NCBI GenBank assembly: GCA_047495785.1
Contig: JBLDXI010000025.1
Location: 248,001-312,000 of the forward strand
Length of the DNA: 64,000 bases
DNA from: Lepidodermella squamata
Taxonomy: Eukaryota > Animalia > Gastrotricha
Direction: 5' to 3'
A model generated the notes under the pieces. It did no database searches. It was not told the DNA's origin and saw nothing but the letters and a program-made list of their open reading frames with translations. Each line of letters begins with the position of its first letter. The first letter of the stretch is position 1. Positions 62,805 through 64,000 of the stretch are shown here, one piece after another. A program made the translations under genes and the position numbers.

Positions 62805-63423
62805 TATCGTGTTTTCGAATGAGTGATTTTTGACCTTTTGAAGTGTTTTCGAGGCGGTTGAGATAAGAACTGTCGTACGTAGGTGTCAACTGGGCACCTC
62901 GATGTCACCTTCAATTACAGGTGAAATGGGATGTTTCCACTACCCAGGTCTCTGAGGCCACCTCCGCATAGCAAGCGCATAGCTGTTGGGCGATTCATTT
63001 TACGGAGAAAAATTAGCAACGAAACGAGGCTTGAAAACATAATTAGGAAAATAGATTGAAAAATCATGGAAACATTCCCATGAATATTCAGATGACACGA
63101 GCTGCTTGCGTGAATAAGATTGCAAAAAGGCTCCGTCAGGAGAAAGCGTTTGTAAAATTACTCTGGTTTCCGCGCAAACGAACAAATCTTTCGCCTTTTA
63201 CTAAAGATTTCCGTGCGTGGGAACATTCAATGAGCCTTCGGGCGATTTCTTGGGCTTCTCTCTCAACGAGAAGCGATAATGCAAGCATACAAAGACTCGC
63301 GAGGCGCCAACGTTCACAGCAATGATGCACGCCTTTTCAACTCAACGCCAAGATTGCCTTTCATTTGCGACGCAGTTAATGCCAAGGTGAAATACTCTTT
63401 CCCGCAGTGCCGTCACGTGAAGC

Positions 63424-63496
63424 GGTTCGGTGGTGTAGTGGTTATCACATCTGCCTAACACGCAGAAGGTCGCCGGTTCAATCCCGGCCCGAATCA
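63424..63496 (+). tRNA. tRNA-Val(AAC)
   Basis: Identical to 23377-23449. Confidence 0.95.
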
Positions 63497-63594
63497 GCTA
63501 TAAGTTTTTTTGGCTTTGCAATAAAGACTGGCTTCGATGTCAATTGTTCTAAAAAATTGAACCGCCTGCCACTGTCTCGAGTTCTGTGTGACTC

Positions 63595-63666
63595 TGCCAC
63601 GGCCTGGAGTCGAACCAGGGTCACCTCGGCCACAACGAGGAATACTAACCACTATACTACCGTGGC
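63595..63666 (-). tRNA. tRNA-His(GTG)
   Basis: Identical to 23547-23618. Confidence 0.95.
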
Positions 63667-63765
63667 TGATTTCGCGGTTAAGCACACAATTTGACAGCGG
63701 CCTATCAACGTCTATCTGGTCTTGTTAAAATTCAGGCAGCGCCGACAGATGGCTTACCTGGAGAA

Positions 63766-63847
63766 GACGCGGTGGCCGAGTGGTTAAGGCGATGGACTGC
63801 TAATCCATTGGGCTCTGCCCGCGAGGGTTCGAATCCCTTCTGCGTCG
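63766..63847 (+). tRNA. tRNA-Ser(GCT)
   Basis: Identical to 23718-23799. Confidence 0.95.
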
Positions 63848-63934
63848 TGATAAATTTTGCCTCGTTCAAAGCTGAGACGCTAGTTTTTCTGGCTTTGATG
63901 ATGACAAAAATTATGTATTTTTTAAAAATGAATG

Positions 63935-64000
63935 CTCCTTGGCAGGGAATCGAACCCTGGTCTCCCGCGTGACAGGCGGGGATACTAACCACTATACTAC
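63935..64000 (-). tRNA. tRNA-Asp(GTC), 5' end truncated by window edge
   Basis: Identical to 23887-23952. Confidence 0.9.

Larger units (their letters stand above)
63157..64000. repeat. tRNA-cassette repeat, copy 2 (runs off window)
   Basis: Matches 23109-23952. Confidence 0.95.

Overview
Compact invertebrate (metazoan) genomic DNA. Most introns are about 45-60 nt, and the longer ones carry transposon remnants. Left to right: (1) a 5'-truncated Cys-loop ligand-gated channel (LGIC) gene and two tandem intronless lipocalins; (2) four tightly packed co-oriented genes (CTF8, ATAD2, SKP2, a MAPK-like pseudokinase), where each junction has AATAAA, then an identical TTTCTAG splice acceptor, then the next ATG, suggesting a trans-spliced operon; (3) a six-tRNA cassette whose near-identical copy starts at the right edge of the window; (4) a Ly6/three-finger gene; (5) a muscle myosin II heavy chain with an intronic foldback element carrying two tRNA-like Pol III promoters; (6) an NR5 (Hr39-like) nuclear receptor with an antisense nested LGIC, head-to-head with CDC7; (7) further divergent nAChR-like subunits lacking loop C vicinal cysteines (six LGICs in total) and a small membrane protein. 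Exon structures were inferred by eye from splice signals and reading-frame phase. Family calls rest on remembered motifs; no database search was run.
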